Positions 10,391 to 22,641 of a DNA stretch of 64,000 nt are shown piece after piece. The translations under genes and the position numbers were made by a program. The notes below the pieces were generated by a model that ran no database searches, had not been told where the DNA came from, and saw only the letters and a list, made by a program, of their open reading frames with translations. Within the stretch, counting starts at the first letter, position 1. Each line of letters opens with the position of its first letter. This stretch comes from Desulfobacterales bacterium (GTDB lineage: Bacteria > Desulfobacterota > Desulfobacteria > Desulfobacterales > SpSt-501): NCBI GenBank assembly GCA_025454255.1, contig JALOOU010000003.1, forward strand, positions 16,585 through 80,584, given 5' to 3'.

Positions 10391-10406
10391 TTTGGGAATT
10401 GTATTT

Positions 10407-11021
10407 ATGGGCATACTATCATCGTCCATGGCGATCACCCGTTACCGGGTCGAAGGCAAGCTTGCCGGGGCCGCGACGGAGGCTGTCCGTCGCGGCCTCC
10501 AAAAAAATGCCATCGCCGAGATCGACAACGAGGCCGAAGAGACCGCCACGGGCTGGACCTCTTTCGAGAGCCCTTTTTTCCCCAGCTTCGAGGGCTCCTC
10601 CTTCCTGTTTGGTCCCTTGTATGTTTTTTCCATGCGGGTCGATCGAAAGTCCGTCTCTGCCAAGCTCATCAGAAAACACCTTGGCATCGCCGTTGCCGAC
10701 CGGTTGGCTAAAACCAAAAAACAGTTTCTGTCCAAAGATGAAAAAACCGCGTTGAAAGAAAATGTGTTGAAAGACCTCCTGGTCAGGATGCCATCCACCC
10801 CCAGCGTCTATGACCTTGCATGGGACTATGAACATGCATCTGTGTTTTTCTTCTCCACTTTGCGCGCCGCCAATGAGAAGTTGGAAGGCCTTTTCAAACG
10901 ATCTTTCAATCTGGGGTTGATCCGGATATTTCCTTTCACCGCCGCCGACTCCCTGGCCGGATTGTCCGATTCCGAGAGGGATGTTCTGATCGGCCTCTCT
11001 TCTACACAGTTTTCGAGTTGA
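10407..11021 (+). CDS. rdgC: RdgC-like recombination-associated protein, N-terminal half
   Basis: ITRYRV..EETATGW..MRVDRKSV..LSKDEKTALKENVLKDLL pattern resembles RdgC N-terminal region; ATG at 10407. Confidence 0.72.
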   Translation: MGILSSSMAITRYRVEGKLAGAATEAVRRGLQKNAIAEIDNEAEETATGWTSFESPFFPSFEGSSFLFGPLYVFSMRVDRKSVSAKLIRKHLGIAVADRLAKTKKQFLSKDEKTALKENVLKDLLVRMPSTPSVYDLAWDYEHASVFFFSTLRAANEKLEGLFKRSFNLGLIRIFPFTAADSLAGLSDSERDVLIGLSSTQFSS

Positions 11022-11047
11022 TTTAAAGCGTCGACTACAGGCACCCC

Positions 11048-11581
11048 ATGCTCGATGTTTCCACAGCCTATCAACGTTACCGCTTTCTGGGCGACGAGTT
11101 TCTGACCTGGCTCTGGTTCTGCATCGAAAAAGATCAAAAGCTGTTCACCGCGGCGGATGCGGACTGCACCGCCCTTGAGATCGGCAACCGGATGGTTCTC
11201 GAAAACCGCAAGACCAAATCGGTCGAGCGCATCACCATCAAAGGAGACGATGCCGGCTTAGAGGAGGGGCGCCTTGCGCTGCGCAAGGGGGCTTTGGTTT
11301 CAGAAATGGCGCTGGTTTTCAAAACCGGGGAGTACCAGTGGCAGTTCAGTGTCAAAGGAGAATCCCTGAACATCAGCAACCTCAAGACGCCGGGAGCAAC
11401 GGCACCTCAAGGCCCGGAGCAGCTCGAACCATTTTTGTTGGAACGATTTGATTTTATAAATAAAATTATTTTTTTTATTGAAAATTTATACAAATTGTTC
11501 ATCCGTGCCCGCCTCTCGAGCCAGTGGGTGAGCAAACAGGTGCCTTCCATCCGGAAGTGGATCGAGGCAGCGGACGGCTGA
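11048..11581 (+). CDS. conserved protein resembling the C-terminal half of RdgC
   Basis: EFLTWLW and EEGRLALRKGALVSEMAL resemble the RdgC C-half (LTEW..EEITNHIEAGKVVTKLAL, recalled from E. coli); directly follows the N-half gene. Confidence 0.6.
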   Translation: MLDVSTAYQRYRFLGDEFLTWLWFCIEKDQKLFTAADADCTALEIGNRMVLENRKTKSVERITIKGDDAGLEEGRLALRKGALVSEMALVFKTGEYQWQFSVKGESLNISNLKTPGATAPQGPEQLEPFLLERFDFINKIIFFIENLYKLFIRARLSSQWVSKQVPSIRKWIEAADG

Positions 11582-11817
11582 ATGCGATAGGTTTGTTCAA
11601 ATGCGGACGATTGGGATCACAATAACCGGCGGGTTATCGACAACGCGGAAGGAACGGATCTAAAAATCCTCTATTCCGGAAAGAGAACCGAGCTTTTATT
11701 TACATCGTCATTTCTTTTTTTATTAAATAATTAAAAATAGTTATGTATTTATAAACATATTGACAGCCCACCTTCTCCTAACCATAACTTATCATTAACT
11801 GAAAAAGGGGAAATACA
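11582..11817. other. AT-rich intergenic region, candidate oriC and/or dnaN promoter
   Basis: TTATCGACA (11634-11642), tandem TTATAAACA-TATTGACAG (11749-11766), then CCC and CTT-CTC-CTA trio-like run; AT tract about 11711-11760; also TTGACA-N17-CATAAC. Confidence 0.5.
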
Positions 11818-15394
<3,577 letters not shown>

Positions 15395-15407
15395 GCCGGA
15401 TGGGACC

Positions 15408-16202
15408 ATGATGAAAATCCACCAGGTTTTTGCGCGCGACCTGCCCGATCTTTGGTTCCAAGCCGTGCACGACATTCTGGACCATGGCCGGCGGTTCGTC
15501 ATCGACCGCGGCTCCTATGCCGGCCAGACCCGCCTGGAGTATGACTTTTTCACCGGCCACGTCACCTACCCGGGCACCCAGCCGATCATCCCCGACATCC
15601 CGCCCGGCTGCGGCATCCCCAACCCGGTCGAACACGACTATATCTACGGCGGCCCCGGCTACGAGCGCGCCTACATCGAATATCTCATGTCCGCGCGCAA
15701 GGAGCCCGGAGAGTCCTACACCTATGGCGAGCGCCTCACGCGGGTGCCCATCACCGGCGACAAGCTCGCCTGGTGGCGAGCCGGCCACAGCGAGATCGTC
15801 GACCAGCGCGCGGTGGACGGGAAGGTGGTCTTCGAAGAGCAGGGGGGGCTTTATCTCAACCAGATCGAATGGGTGATCGCCACCTACAAAAAATTCGGCC
15901 ACCGCAACAACCAGATGGTGCTGCAGGTGGCGCACCCCTCGGACCTGACCCTGTTGGACCCGCCCTGCCTGCGCTCGATCGACACCCGCATCCAGGACGA
16001 GCGGCTGCATTTCGTCGTCTACTTCCGCTCCTGGGACCTGTGGAACGGGCTGCCCGCCAACCTTGCCGCGATCCAAAACCTCAAAGAGTATATGGCGGCC
16101 GAGATCGGGGTGCGGGACGGGGAGATGATCGTCGAAAGCAAGGGGCTGCACCTCTACGGCTACGCGGAGGATCTGGCCAAACTCAGGTGCCTGCGGACCT
16201 GA
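15408..16202 (+). CDS. thyA: thymidylate synthase (archaeal-type ThyA-like)
   Basis: YTYGERL, DPPCL (catalytic Cys), FRSWD, GLPANL, GLHLY. Confidence 0.8.
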   Translation: MMKIHQVFARDLPDLWFQAVHDILDHGRRFVIDRGSYAGQTRLEYDFFTGHVTYPGTQPIIPDIPPGCGIPNPVEHDYIYGGPGYERAYIEYLMSARKEPGESYTYGERLTRVPITGDKLAWWRAGHSEIVDQRAVDGKVVFEEQGGLYLNQIEWVIATYKKFGHRNNQMVLQVAHPSDLTLLDPPCLRSIDTRIQDERLHFVVYFRSWDLWNGLPANLAAIQNLKEYMAAEIGVRDGEMIVESKGLHLYGYAEDLAKLRCLRT

Positions 16203-16237
16203 CGGCGGCCTGTCCGGAGCGGTGGTTCCGGGCGGCG

Positions 16238-17128
16238 TCAGTCGTAGTGCAGGGTGATCTGCGGCGACGGCGGGTGGATGATCCTCATTTTGGATTTGGC
16301 GATCGCGTGCCGCCGCAGCACGTCGGCCACCACCTCCGCCACGCCCCTGAACCTGTCTGCGCCGAAAACCTCGCGGTAGCGCTTGGCCTGCTCCTCCACC
16401 GGCGCCGCAATCTGCTCGTGGCGGCTGAGCTCTGCGGCGCTCAATCCCTGGCCGAAGCCCTCGGTCACCAACTCGACGACATCGTAGTCGTATCCCAGGT
16501 CTTTGAAGTCGCTCTGGCCGGGTTCCAGGCCCGCCGTCGGAACGCGGTTGACGATCCGGCTGTCGATTCCCAGAAAAGCGGCCATCTGGCGCACCAGCCG
16601 CTTCGAGAGGCCGCCGATCGGGCTCAGGTGCACGGCCCCGTCGCCGAAGAGCGTGTAGTAGCCGATGCCGAAATCCTCGTCCTTGTTCCCCGTGCCGGCC
16701 ACCAGCTTTGCTTCGGTCGCGGCTTTGGTGGAGAGGACGTTCGCGCGCACGCGCGAGATCATGTTGCCCTTGTGGAAGATGCTTGCGAAGGCCTCCGGGT
16801 TGGTCGCACGCATGGCCTCCACCGGCGCCTCGATGCCGTGGAGTTCATGGCGGATGCCTAAATGCGCCGCTACCGCCCGGGCGTCGCGGATGTCGGCCTC
16901 CTGGTTCAGGCGGGTGGGCAGGATATAGCCGACCAGCTCGTAGGCTGCCGCCCGGTGGCGGTCGAAGGCGCGTTTGATCAAAGCCGCGGTCGTGCTCGAG
17001 TCGACCCCGCCCGAGAGGCCGACCACGCATCCCGTCCTCGCTGCCGCTTCCACCTGCCGGAGGACAAACCGCCCAATTTCGCCGCTCACCGTTTCCGCAT
17101 CCATGCGTGCGAGCTTGATCCGTTTCAC
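16238..17128 (-). CDS. nadE: NH3-dependent NAD+ synthetase
   Basis: GLSGGVDSS, GNMISRVR, GTGNKDE, GYYTLFGDG, PTAGLEPGQSD; no glutaminase domain. Confidence 0.92.
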   Translation of the reverse strand: MKRIKLARMDAETVSGEIGRFVLRQVEAAARTGCVVGLSGGVDSSTTAALIKRAFDRHRAAAYELVGYILPTRLNQEADIRDARAVAAHLGIRHELHGIEAPVEAMRATNPEAFASIFHKGNMISRVRANVLSTKAATEAKLVAGTGNKDEDFGIGYYTLFGDGAVHLSPIGGLSKRLVRQMAAFLGIDSRIVNRVPTAGLEPGQSDFKDLGYDYDVVELVTEGFGQGLSAAELSRHEQIAAPVEEQAKRYREVFGADRFRGVAEVVADVLRRHAIAKSKMRIIHPPSPQITLHYD

Positions 17129-17160
17129 ATCGATCCTCCGGCGTTAATCGAAAAATGGTC

Positions 17161-17345
17161 AGAAGTGGTTTCCCAACCGCGGATCACGGTTGCGGGCAAG
17201 GCGCCGGCCGAATCGAAAGCGCCGCAACCAAAATAGGTGGTGAGCACGTTCGAGAGACCTGCCATCCCGCCTTGGCGGGAACCGCCCGGCGACACGAAAG
17301 GTGCGCGCCATGACTCTTGGCGCTTTTTACAAGCCCCACGATATT
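17161..17345 (+). repeat. dispersed MITE-like repeat, copy A
   Basis: AGAAGTGGTTTC..CGGTTGCGGGCAAGGCG..GGCCGAATCGAAAGCG..GCAACC..GTGAGCACGTTCG, shared with copies at 24.66, 27.25 and 37.32 kb. Confidence 0.75.
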
Positions 17346-17387
17346 AAACGGGAAGCGACGGGGCTGCAAGGGTCCGCAGCCGCAGGT

Positions 17388-19022
17388 TCAGGTGGGGGGC
17401 TCGCGTCCGTCGGCCCCAAGGCGGTCGCGCGCCAGCTCGACGGCCTTGTTGTAGTCGACCTGGATGCCGTCCTTGCCGAAAATATCGCTGCACCCCAGAC
17501 CCTGCAGCAGGCGGTCCAGACCGACCCCCTCCGTGATCACCAGGATCGGCCGGATGCCCGCCTCCTTGAGTTTGTCGACCATCTCGCTCAAGGCGAACGC
17601 CGCGGAGATATCCATGAACGGGACATTCAGACAGTTGATGATGACAACCTCGGCGCCGATCAGCTTGTTGATTTTTCCCTGCATACGGGTGGTGGTTCCG
17701 AAGAAAAAGGCGCCCCTCACCGATATGACCCGAATGCGGAAATCGCTCTGCTCCTGAAGGTCCTTTCCGATCCTTCGCTGCCACTCGGCCGGCGGGACCT
17801 CGGACACGTTGATCTGGGTCTGCTGCGCCATCCGATAGGTCAACAGCAGGGCGGCCAGGGCAACTCCAATGGTGACGGCGGCGATCAGGTCGACGAAAAC
17901 AGTGATGCCGAAAACCGCCAGCATGACGATCAGATCTTCGCGCGGCGCCCGATTCAGCACTTTCAGCATGCGGTAGTCGAGAATGTCGACTCCGACTTTT
18001 ATGAGGATTCCGGCCAGAACGGCCATGGGGATGTGGGCCGTGTATTTGCCCAGCCCCAGCAGGACCGCCAGCAGGAAAAGCGAGTGAATCATGCCGGAAA
18101 GCCGCGTGCTGCCCCCCGCTTTGATGTTGACCACGGTGCGCATGGTGGCCCCGGCGCCGGGCAGGCCTCCGATCAGGCCGGATACCATATTGCCGACGCC
18201 CTGGCCGATGAGCTCCCGGTTGGAATCATGGCGTTCCCGGGTCATCGAATCGGCCACAATGGATGTCAGCAGAGAGTCCATGACCCCCAACACCGAAAGG
18301 GCGATGGCCATGGCGAGGATTTTCGGCGTCTGTTCGGCCGAAATCGAGGGAAAACTCAATTGCGGCAGCCCCGCCGGGATCTTGCCGATGGTGTCCACCG
18401 GGAGGGACAACACCGCCGATAACAGGCTCATGCAAAAAAGTGCGATGAGGGGCGACGGCAGCACCCGGGAGATGCGCAGCGGCGTTTTGAAGACGATCAG
18501 CAGCGTGAACCCGGCCAGCAGCAGGCTGTACGGATTGGCCCCGGCGATGGCTTTTGGCAGTTCGATCAGGGCGACGAGAGGGGAGCCGACGCTTGCGCCT
18601 CCCAGCAGCGGATGGAGTTGAAGCAGGAGGATGATGACCCCGATGCCGCTCATGAAGCCCGAAATGACAGGGTAGGGTATGTAGCGGACAAAGCCTCCCA
18701 GCTTGATCAGGCCAAAAACGATTTGCAGCAGGCCGGCGATCAGCACCACGGTGAAGACGGATGGCAGCTCTCCCGGAAAGGCTGCAACCGCTGCGGCCAT
18801 GATGACCGTCATTGGGCCGGTGGGCCCCGAAACCTGCGTGCGGGTGCCGCCCAACCATGCCGCAAAAAAACCCACGGCGATCGCGCCGTAGAGGCCGGCA
18901 ATGGCGCCGGCCCCGCTGGCAACCCCGAAGGCGAGCGCGAGCGGCAGCGCCACGACTCCAGCGGTCAGGCCGCCGAAGAGGTCCCCGCGCAGTTGAGCGA
19001 AAGTATAACGGGGCTTTTTCAT
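17388..19022 (-). CDS. SulP/SLC26 anion (sulfate/bicarbonate) transporter with STAS domain
   Basis: GLTAGVVALPLALAFG, QVSGPTGPM, PYPVISGF, NRELIGQG, GAFFFG STAS. Confidence 0.92.
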   Translation of the reverse strand: MKKPRYTFAQLRGDLFGGLTAGVVALPLALAFGVASGAGAIAGLYGAIAVGFFAAWLGGTRTQVSGPTGPMTVIMAAAVAAFPGELPSVFTVVLIAGLLQIVFGLIKLGGFVRYIPYPVISGFMSGIGVIILLLQLHPLLGGASVGSPLVALIELPKAIAGANPYSLLLAGFTLLIVFKTPLRISRVLPSPLIALFCMSLLSAVLSLPVDTIGKIPAGLPQLSFPSISAEQTPKILAMAIALSVLGVMDSLLTSIVADSMTRERHDSNRELIGQGVGNMVSGLIGGLPGAGATMRTVVNIKAGGSTRLSGMIHSLFLLAVLLGLGKYTAHIPMAVLAGILIKVGVDILDYRMLKVLNRAPREDLIVMLAVFGITVFVDLIAAVTIGVALAALLLTYRMAQQTQINVSEVPPAEWQRRIGKDLQEQSDFRIRVISVRGAFFFGTTTRMQGKINKLIGAEVVIINCLNVPFMDISAAFALSEMVDKLKEAGIRPILVITEGVGLDRLLQGLGCSDIFGKDGIQVDYNKAVELARDRLGADGREPPT

Positions 19023-19201
19023 CCCATGCTCGACCCCCGGTTCGATGCGTGCGAGGCCCTTGACCGGGGAGGCGGGATATTATCCGGCCGATTCCTTCTT
19101 GTCAAAACGGTCCCGGCATGCGATGTCACAGCCGGAAGCCGCCCCGCCTTGAAAACCGATCCCCGTCGGTCCGGCCGGGCCGCCTCCAGGAGGGTTGCGC
19201 G

Positions 19202-19531
19202 ATGCGGATGCAGGAGATTGCCTTCGGCACCACCGATTGGTGCAGCGTCGAAAAAACCGAGCATGCCGGAGCCTCCGGTGTCGCCCACTGGCGCACGCGG
19301 CAGTTCGGCGGCATCCGGGTGCGGATGGTGGAGTACTCGCCCGGCTATCTGGCCGACCACTGGTGCTCCAAGGGGCACATCTTGCTGGTGTTGGAGGGTG
19401 AACTTCAAACCGAGCTTGCCGACGGACGCACCTTCACCCTGACTGCCGGCATGAGCTACCAGGTGGCGGACGGGGCCGAGCCGCACCGCTCCTCGACTCT
19501 GCGCGGCGCCAGGCTGTTTATCGTGGATTGA
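19202..19531 (+). CDS. DHCW-motif cupin fold protein
   Basis: RVRMVEYSPGYLADHWCSKGHILLVLEGEL; AGGAGG SD upstream. Confidence 0.85.
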   Translation: MRMQEIAFGTTDWCSVEKTEHAGASGVAHWRTRQFGGIRVRMVEYSPGYLADHWCSKGHILLVLEGELQTELADGRTFTLTAGMSYQVADGAEPHRSSTLRGARLFIVD

Positions 19532-19568
19532 GGAGGGGCGCCGCCTGCCTGTGGCGCCGAGGGGTTTC

Positions 19569-20258
19569 ATGGATAGCCGCAGTTCGTTTGAATCCGCACT
19601 GACCGCCGAAGAGCGCAACCTTTTGGAGGGGCTCACGCACCCGTTTCGGATCCAGCAGTTCCTGGATTCGATCCCCTACAGCCCCGATGACTTCTACCGC
19701 TCTCCGCGGCGGGTGCTGCGCGACCGGACGGCCCACTGCTTCGACGGGGCGGTCTTTGCGGCCGGGGCGTTGCGGCGGATCGGCTTTCCCCCGCTGATCC
19801 TGGACCTTTTTTCAAACGGCCGGGACGACGAGCACCTGCTCGCTCTATTCAAGGTGGCAGGACGGTGGGGGGCGGTGGCGAAATCGAACTTCGTCGGCCT
19901 GCGCTATCGGGAGCCGGTCTACGGCTGTCTGCGCGAGCTCGCCATGTCCTACTTCGAGCAGTACTACAACACTGCGCGCGAGAAGACCCTGCGCGGCTAC
20001 AGCGGGCCGCTGCGGCTGGTCTCCTTCGACCGGCTGGACTGGATGGCGAGCGATGCGGCCATGGAGGCCATCGCCCGGCGCACCGATGAGATCCGGCGCG
20101 TGGTGCTGATCGACGCCGAGATGGAACAGCGCCTCTCCCCGGTGGACGAGCGCTCCTACCGGGCCGGGCTGATCGGCGCCGACCCCCATGGCCTGTTCCG
20201 AGTCAACGAAAACCCACCCCGCAGCGGGTCCGGCGCCCCCGACGACCGACCTGCGTGA
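19569..20258 (+). CDS. conserved hypothetical protein, possible transglutaminase-like fold
   Basis: AHCFDGAVFAA..DDEHLLALF..WGAVAKSN; coding-like codon usage. Confidence 0.65.
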   Translation: MDSRSSFESALTAEERNLLEGLTHPFRIQQFLDSIPYSPDDFYRSPRRVLRDRTAHCFDGAVFAAGALRRIGFPPLILDLFSNGRDDEHLLALFKVAGRWGAVAKSNFVGLRYREPVYGCLRELAMSYFEQYYNTAREKTLRGYSGPLRLVSFDRLDWMASDAAMEAIARRTDEIRRVVLIDAEMEQRLSPVDERSYRAGLIGADPHGLFRVNENPPRSGSGAPDDRPA

Positions 20259-20340
20259 GAGCCCCCATCGGCGCTCGGGAGCCGCTCCTCGTTGCCCCGG
20301 CCCGCAGTTTCGATGGGCGCGGACCGATCCGCCAGGCGGT

Positions 20341-22320
20341 CTACCCGGCGGGAACAGCTGCGGGGTTCCGGTCCGGAGGTGTCGCGGGCGTGCGGACGCA
20401 GACGACAGCTTCACCTTCGACGCCCGGGCGCCGCCGCCCCCCGGAATCGGCCGCATGTGGGTTCAGCGTTGCGCGGACGGTTTGAGCGAGGTCGGCCATC
20501 TGGTAGGGCTTCTGGAGAAAACCGTCGCTCAGCATCCGCAGGCCCTGCCGGCGTTCATCCATGAGGCTGTAGCCGCTCGAGAGCAGCACCTTGGCGCTGC
20601 TCTGAAGAGAGCGGATTTCGCCCAGCAGCCGATCCGCGCTCACGTCCGGCAGCACCAAATCCATGATCACCAGATCGATCCGCTCACGCGCGGCCTTCAG
20701 GAACTCGAGGGCCTGGCTGCCGGATTCGACCGCATGGACGCAATAGCCCAGCCGCTCCAGCATCTTGGAGACGGTCACCCGGACGATGGCCTCGTCATCG
20801 ATGACCAGGACGTGCCTCGTCGCCGCCTGGGCCGGGGGGAGGTCCCGGTAGGCGCAGCAGCGGTTGCGCCCGGAGTTTTTGGCCTCGTAGAGCGCCTCGT
20901 CGGCCATTTTGACCAGCCCCTGGACGTCGATCTCCCGGCGGTTCTCCAGAGCGGCCACCCCGAAGCTCATGGTCACGGCAATGGTGCGGCCTTCGTGGAC
21001 GATCGGCTGGGATTCGATCGACCGCCGCAGGCGTTCGGCCGTGCGCAGGGCCTCCTGCATGGAGGTCGAGGGCAGGATGGCGGCGAACTCCTCGCCGCCG
21101 TAGCGGGCGATGTGGTCCGAGTCCCGCAGCAGCTCGCGCAGTTGAGCGGAGAGGCGTTTCAAGACCTGATCTCCGGTGGGGTGGCCGAAGAAATCGTTGA
21201 TCGCTTTGAACCGGTCGACGTCGGCCATGAGGATCGACAGCGGCGTGTTGTAGCGCTTGGCGCGGCTGATCTCCTGCTTGAGGATTTCCTGAAACCGCTG
21301 GTGGTTGTCGAGCCGGGTCATGGGGTCGAGGCCGACCTCGTGCGTGAGTTCGTCGAGGCGCCTGGCCTGCTGGTGCACCTGAACCACCAGGTCGCCCGAG
21401 AGCTTGGCCAGCTCGGCGCGGGCCGCTTCGATGATTTCAAGATGCTGCTTCAAATCGATCTGGAGCTCGAACATGGGAAAGAGGGTCTCGGCCTGGGCGC
21501 TGATCTGTCCGGCGAGGTCGAATGGCCTCATGACCCCGACGAGCCCCTGCGCGCGCAGGCACTCTTCGATGGCGGCATAGCCGGCGGCGGGGTCGGAATG
21601 CTTGAACATGTCGATGAACAGCGAAGAGAGGTGGAGCATTCGGGTCAGCAGCTCGAGATCGCCGGAGTGGCCGGCCAGGCGCTCGGGACAGTGATGGAAC
21701 CCGATCGGCACGCTGATGCTGGTCGGCAGGCCCCAGGAGCCGGTGACGGATCTGCCCACATCCATGTGGTTGAAGCCCAGCACGCCGTGCTCGGCGGCAT
21801 GCGTCGCCAGCCCGCGGCCGCCGCCGGCCGCGATGGCCTTGCCGTACTCGACCGGCAGGGCCTCCGCCATGACCGGCATGCCGATGTTCTGAAGCAGGCC
21901 CAGGATGAAGGCCTCTTTTCCGAGCTGCGGGTTGATTTTTTCAGTCAGCGCTTTGGCCGATAGGGCGCCGATGAGGGAATCCTTCGAGAATTGGGCATAG
22001 TCGAAGAGCCCGCTGCGCCGCCGAGCGAACCCGTCCAGGAGCGAAAAGCTCATGGCCAGGTTCTTGACGGCGTTCAGCCCCAGGTAGATCATCGCCTGGT
22101 GGATGGATGCGATTTTGGTCGAAAGACCGTAGAAGGGCGAGTTGACCGTTTTTAAAAGCCGCGCGCTCAGCGGCGCATCCGCGGAGATGATGTCGGCAAG
22201 TTCGCCCAGCCGGGGCGCATCCCGGCGCATCGCCTGCAGGATCCGGATGGCCACCCCCGGCAGCGTGGGCAGTCTCTCGATCTGGTCATTCAGGCGCTGC
22301 CAATGCCTTCCACGGTCCAT
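20341..22320 (-). CDS. HDOD-GGDEF-REC diguanylate cyclase, paralog 1
   Basis: LPTLPGVA..VNSPFYGL (HDOD), RDSDHIARYGGEEF, VLVIDDE..IMDLVLPD..FLQKPY (receiver). Confidence 0.9.
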   Translation of the reverse strand: MDRGRHWQRLNDQIERLPTLPGVAIRILQAMRRDAPRLGELADIISADAPLSARLLKTVNSPFYGLSTKIASIHQAMIYLGLNAVKNLAMSFSLLDGFARRRSGLFDYAQFSKDSLIGALSAKALTEKINPQLGKEAFILGLLQNIGMPVMAEALPVEYGKAIAAGGGRGLATHAAEHGVLGFNHMDVGRSVTGSWGLPTSISVPIGFHHCPERLAGHSGDLELLTRMLHLSSLFIDMFKHSDPAAGYAAIEECLRAQGLVGVMRPFDLAGQISAQAETLFPMFELQIDLKQHLEIIEAARAELAKLSGDLVVQVHQQARRLDELTHEVGLDPMTRLDNHQRFQEILKQEISRAKRYNTPLSILMADVDRFKAINDFFGHPTGDQVLKRLSAQLRELLRDSDHIARYGGEEFAAILPSTSMQEALRTAERLRRSIESQPIVHEGRTIAVTMSFGVAALENRREIDVQGLVKMADEALYEAKNSGRNRCCAYRDLPPAQAATRHVLVIDDEAIVRVTVSKMLERLGYCVHAVESGSQALEFLKAARERIDLVIMDLVLPDVSADRLLGEIRSLQSSAKVLLSSGYSLMDERRQGLRMLSDGFLQKPYQMADLAQTVRATLNPHAADSGGRRRPGVEGEAVVCVRTPATPPDRNPAAVPAG

Positions 22321-22641
22321 CGCTGTGCTCCTTTTAAGTCTCGACTCCCGGCAAGATTCATCCACTCGTCCAAGAGCGTTCGGGCCGGCGTGTCGCCGGC
22401 CCGCGCATACCTCCGCATGACCCTCGCTCGGGCAGGAGACCGGGTCCCTCTCCCCCGGTCGGCGCCCCCGCGGCCGCCCCTCCCCGGTGCATCCAAGTAC
22501 AGGTAAGATCGGTATAAGCTTAGCCGACTTGAATCTAAAGAGTGATGATAAAATGATGAGGGCGGCCGGTCGGCGACGCGCCGCCTCCGAAATGGCCGCG
22601 GGGTGAAGCGCAACGCAGATAGTGGGGTTTTTGCGAAGTCG

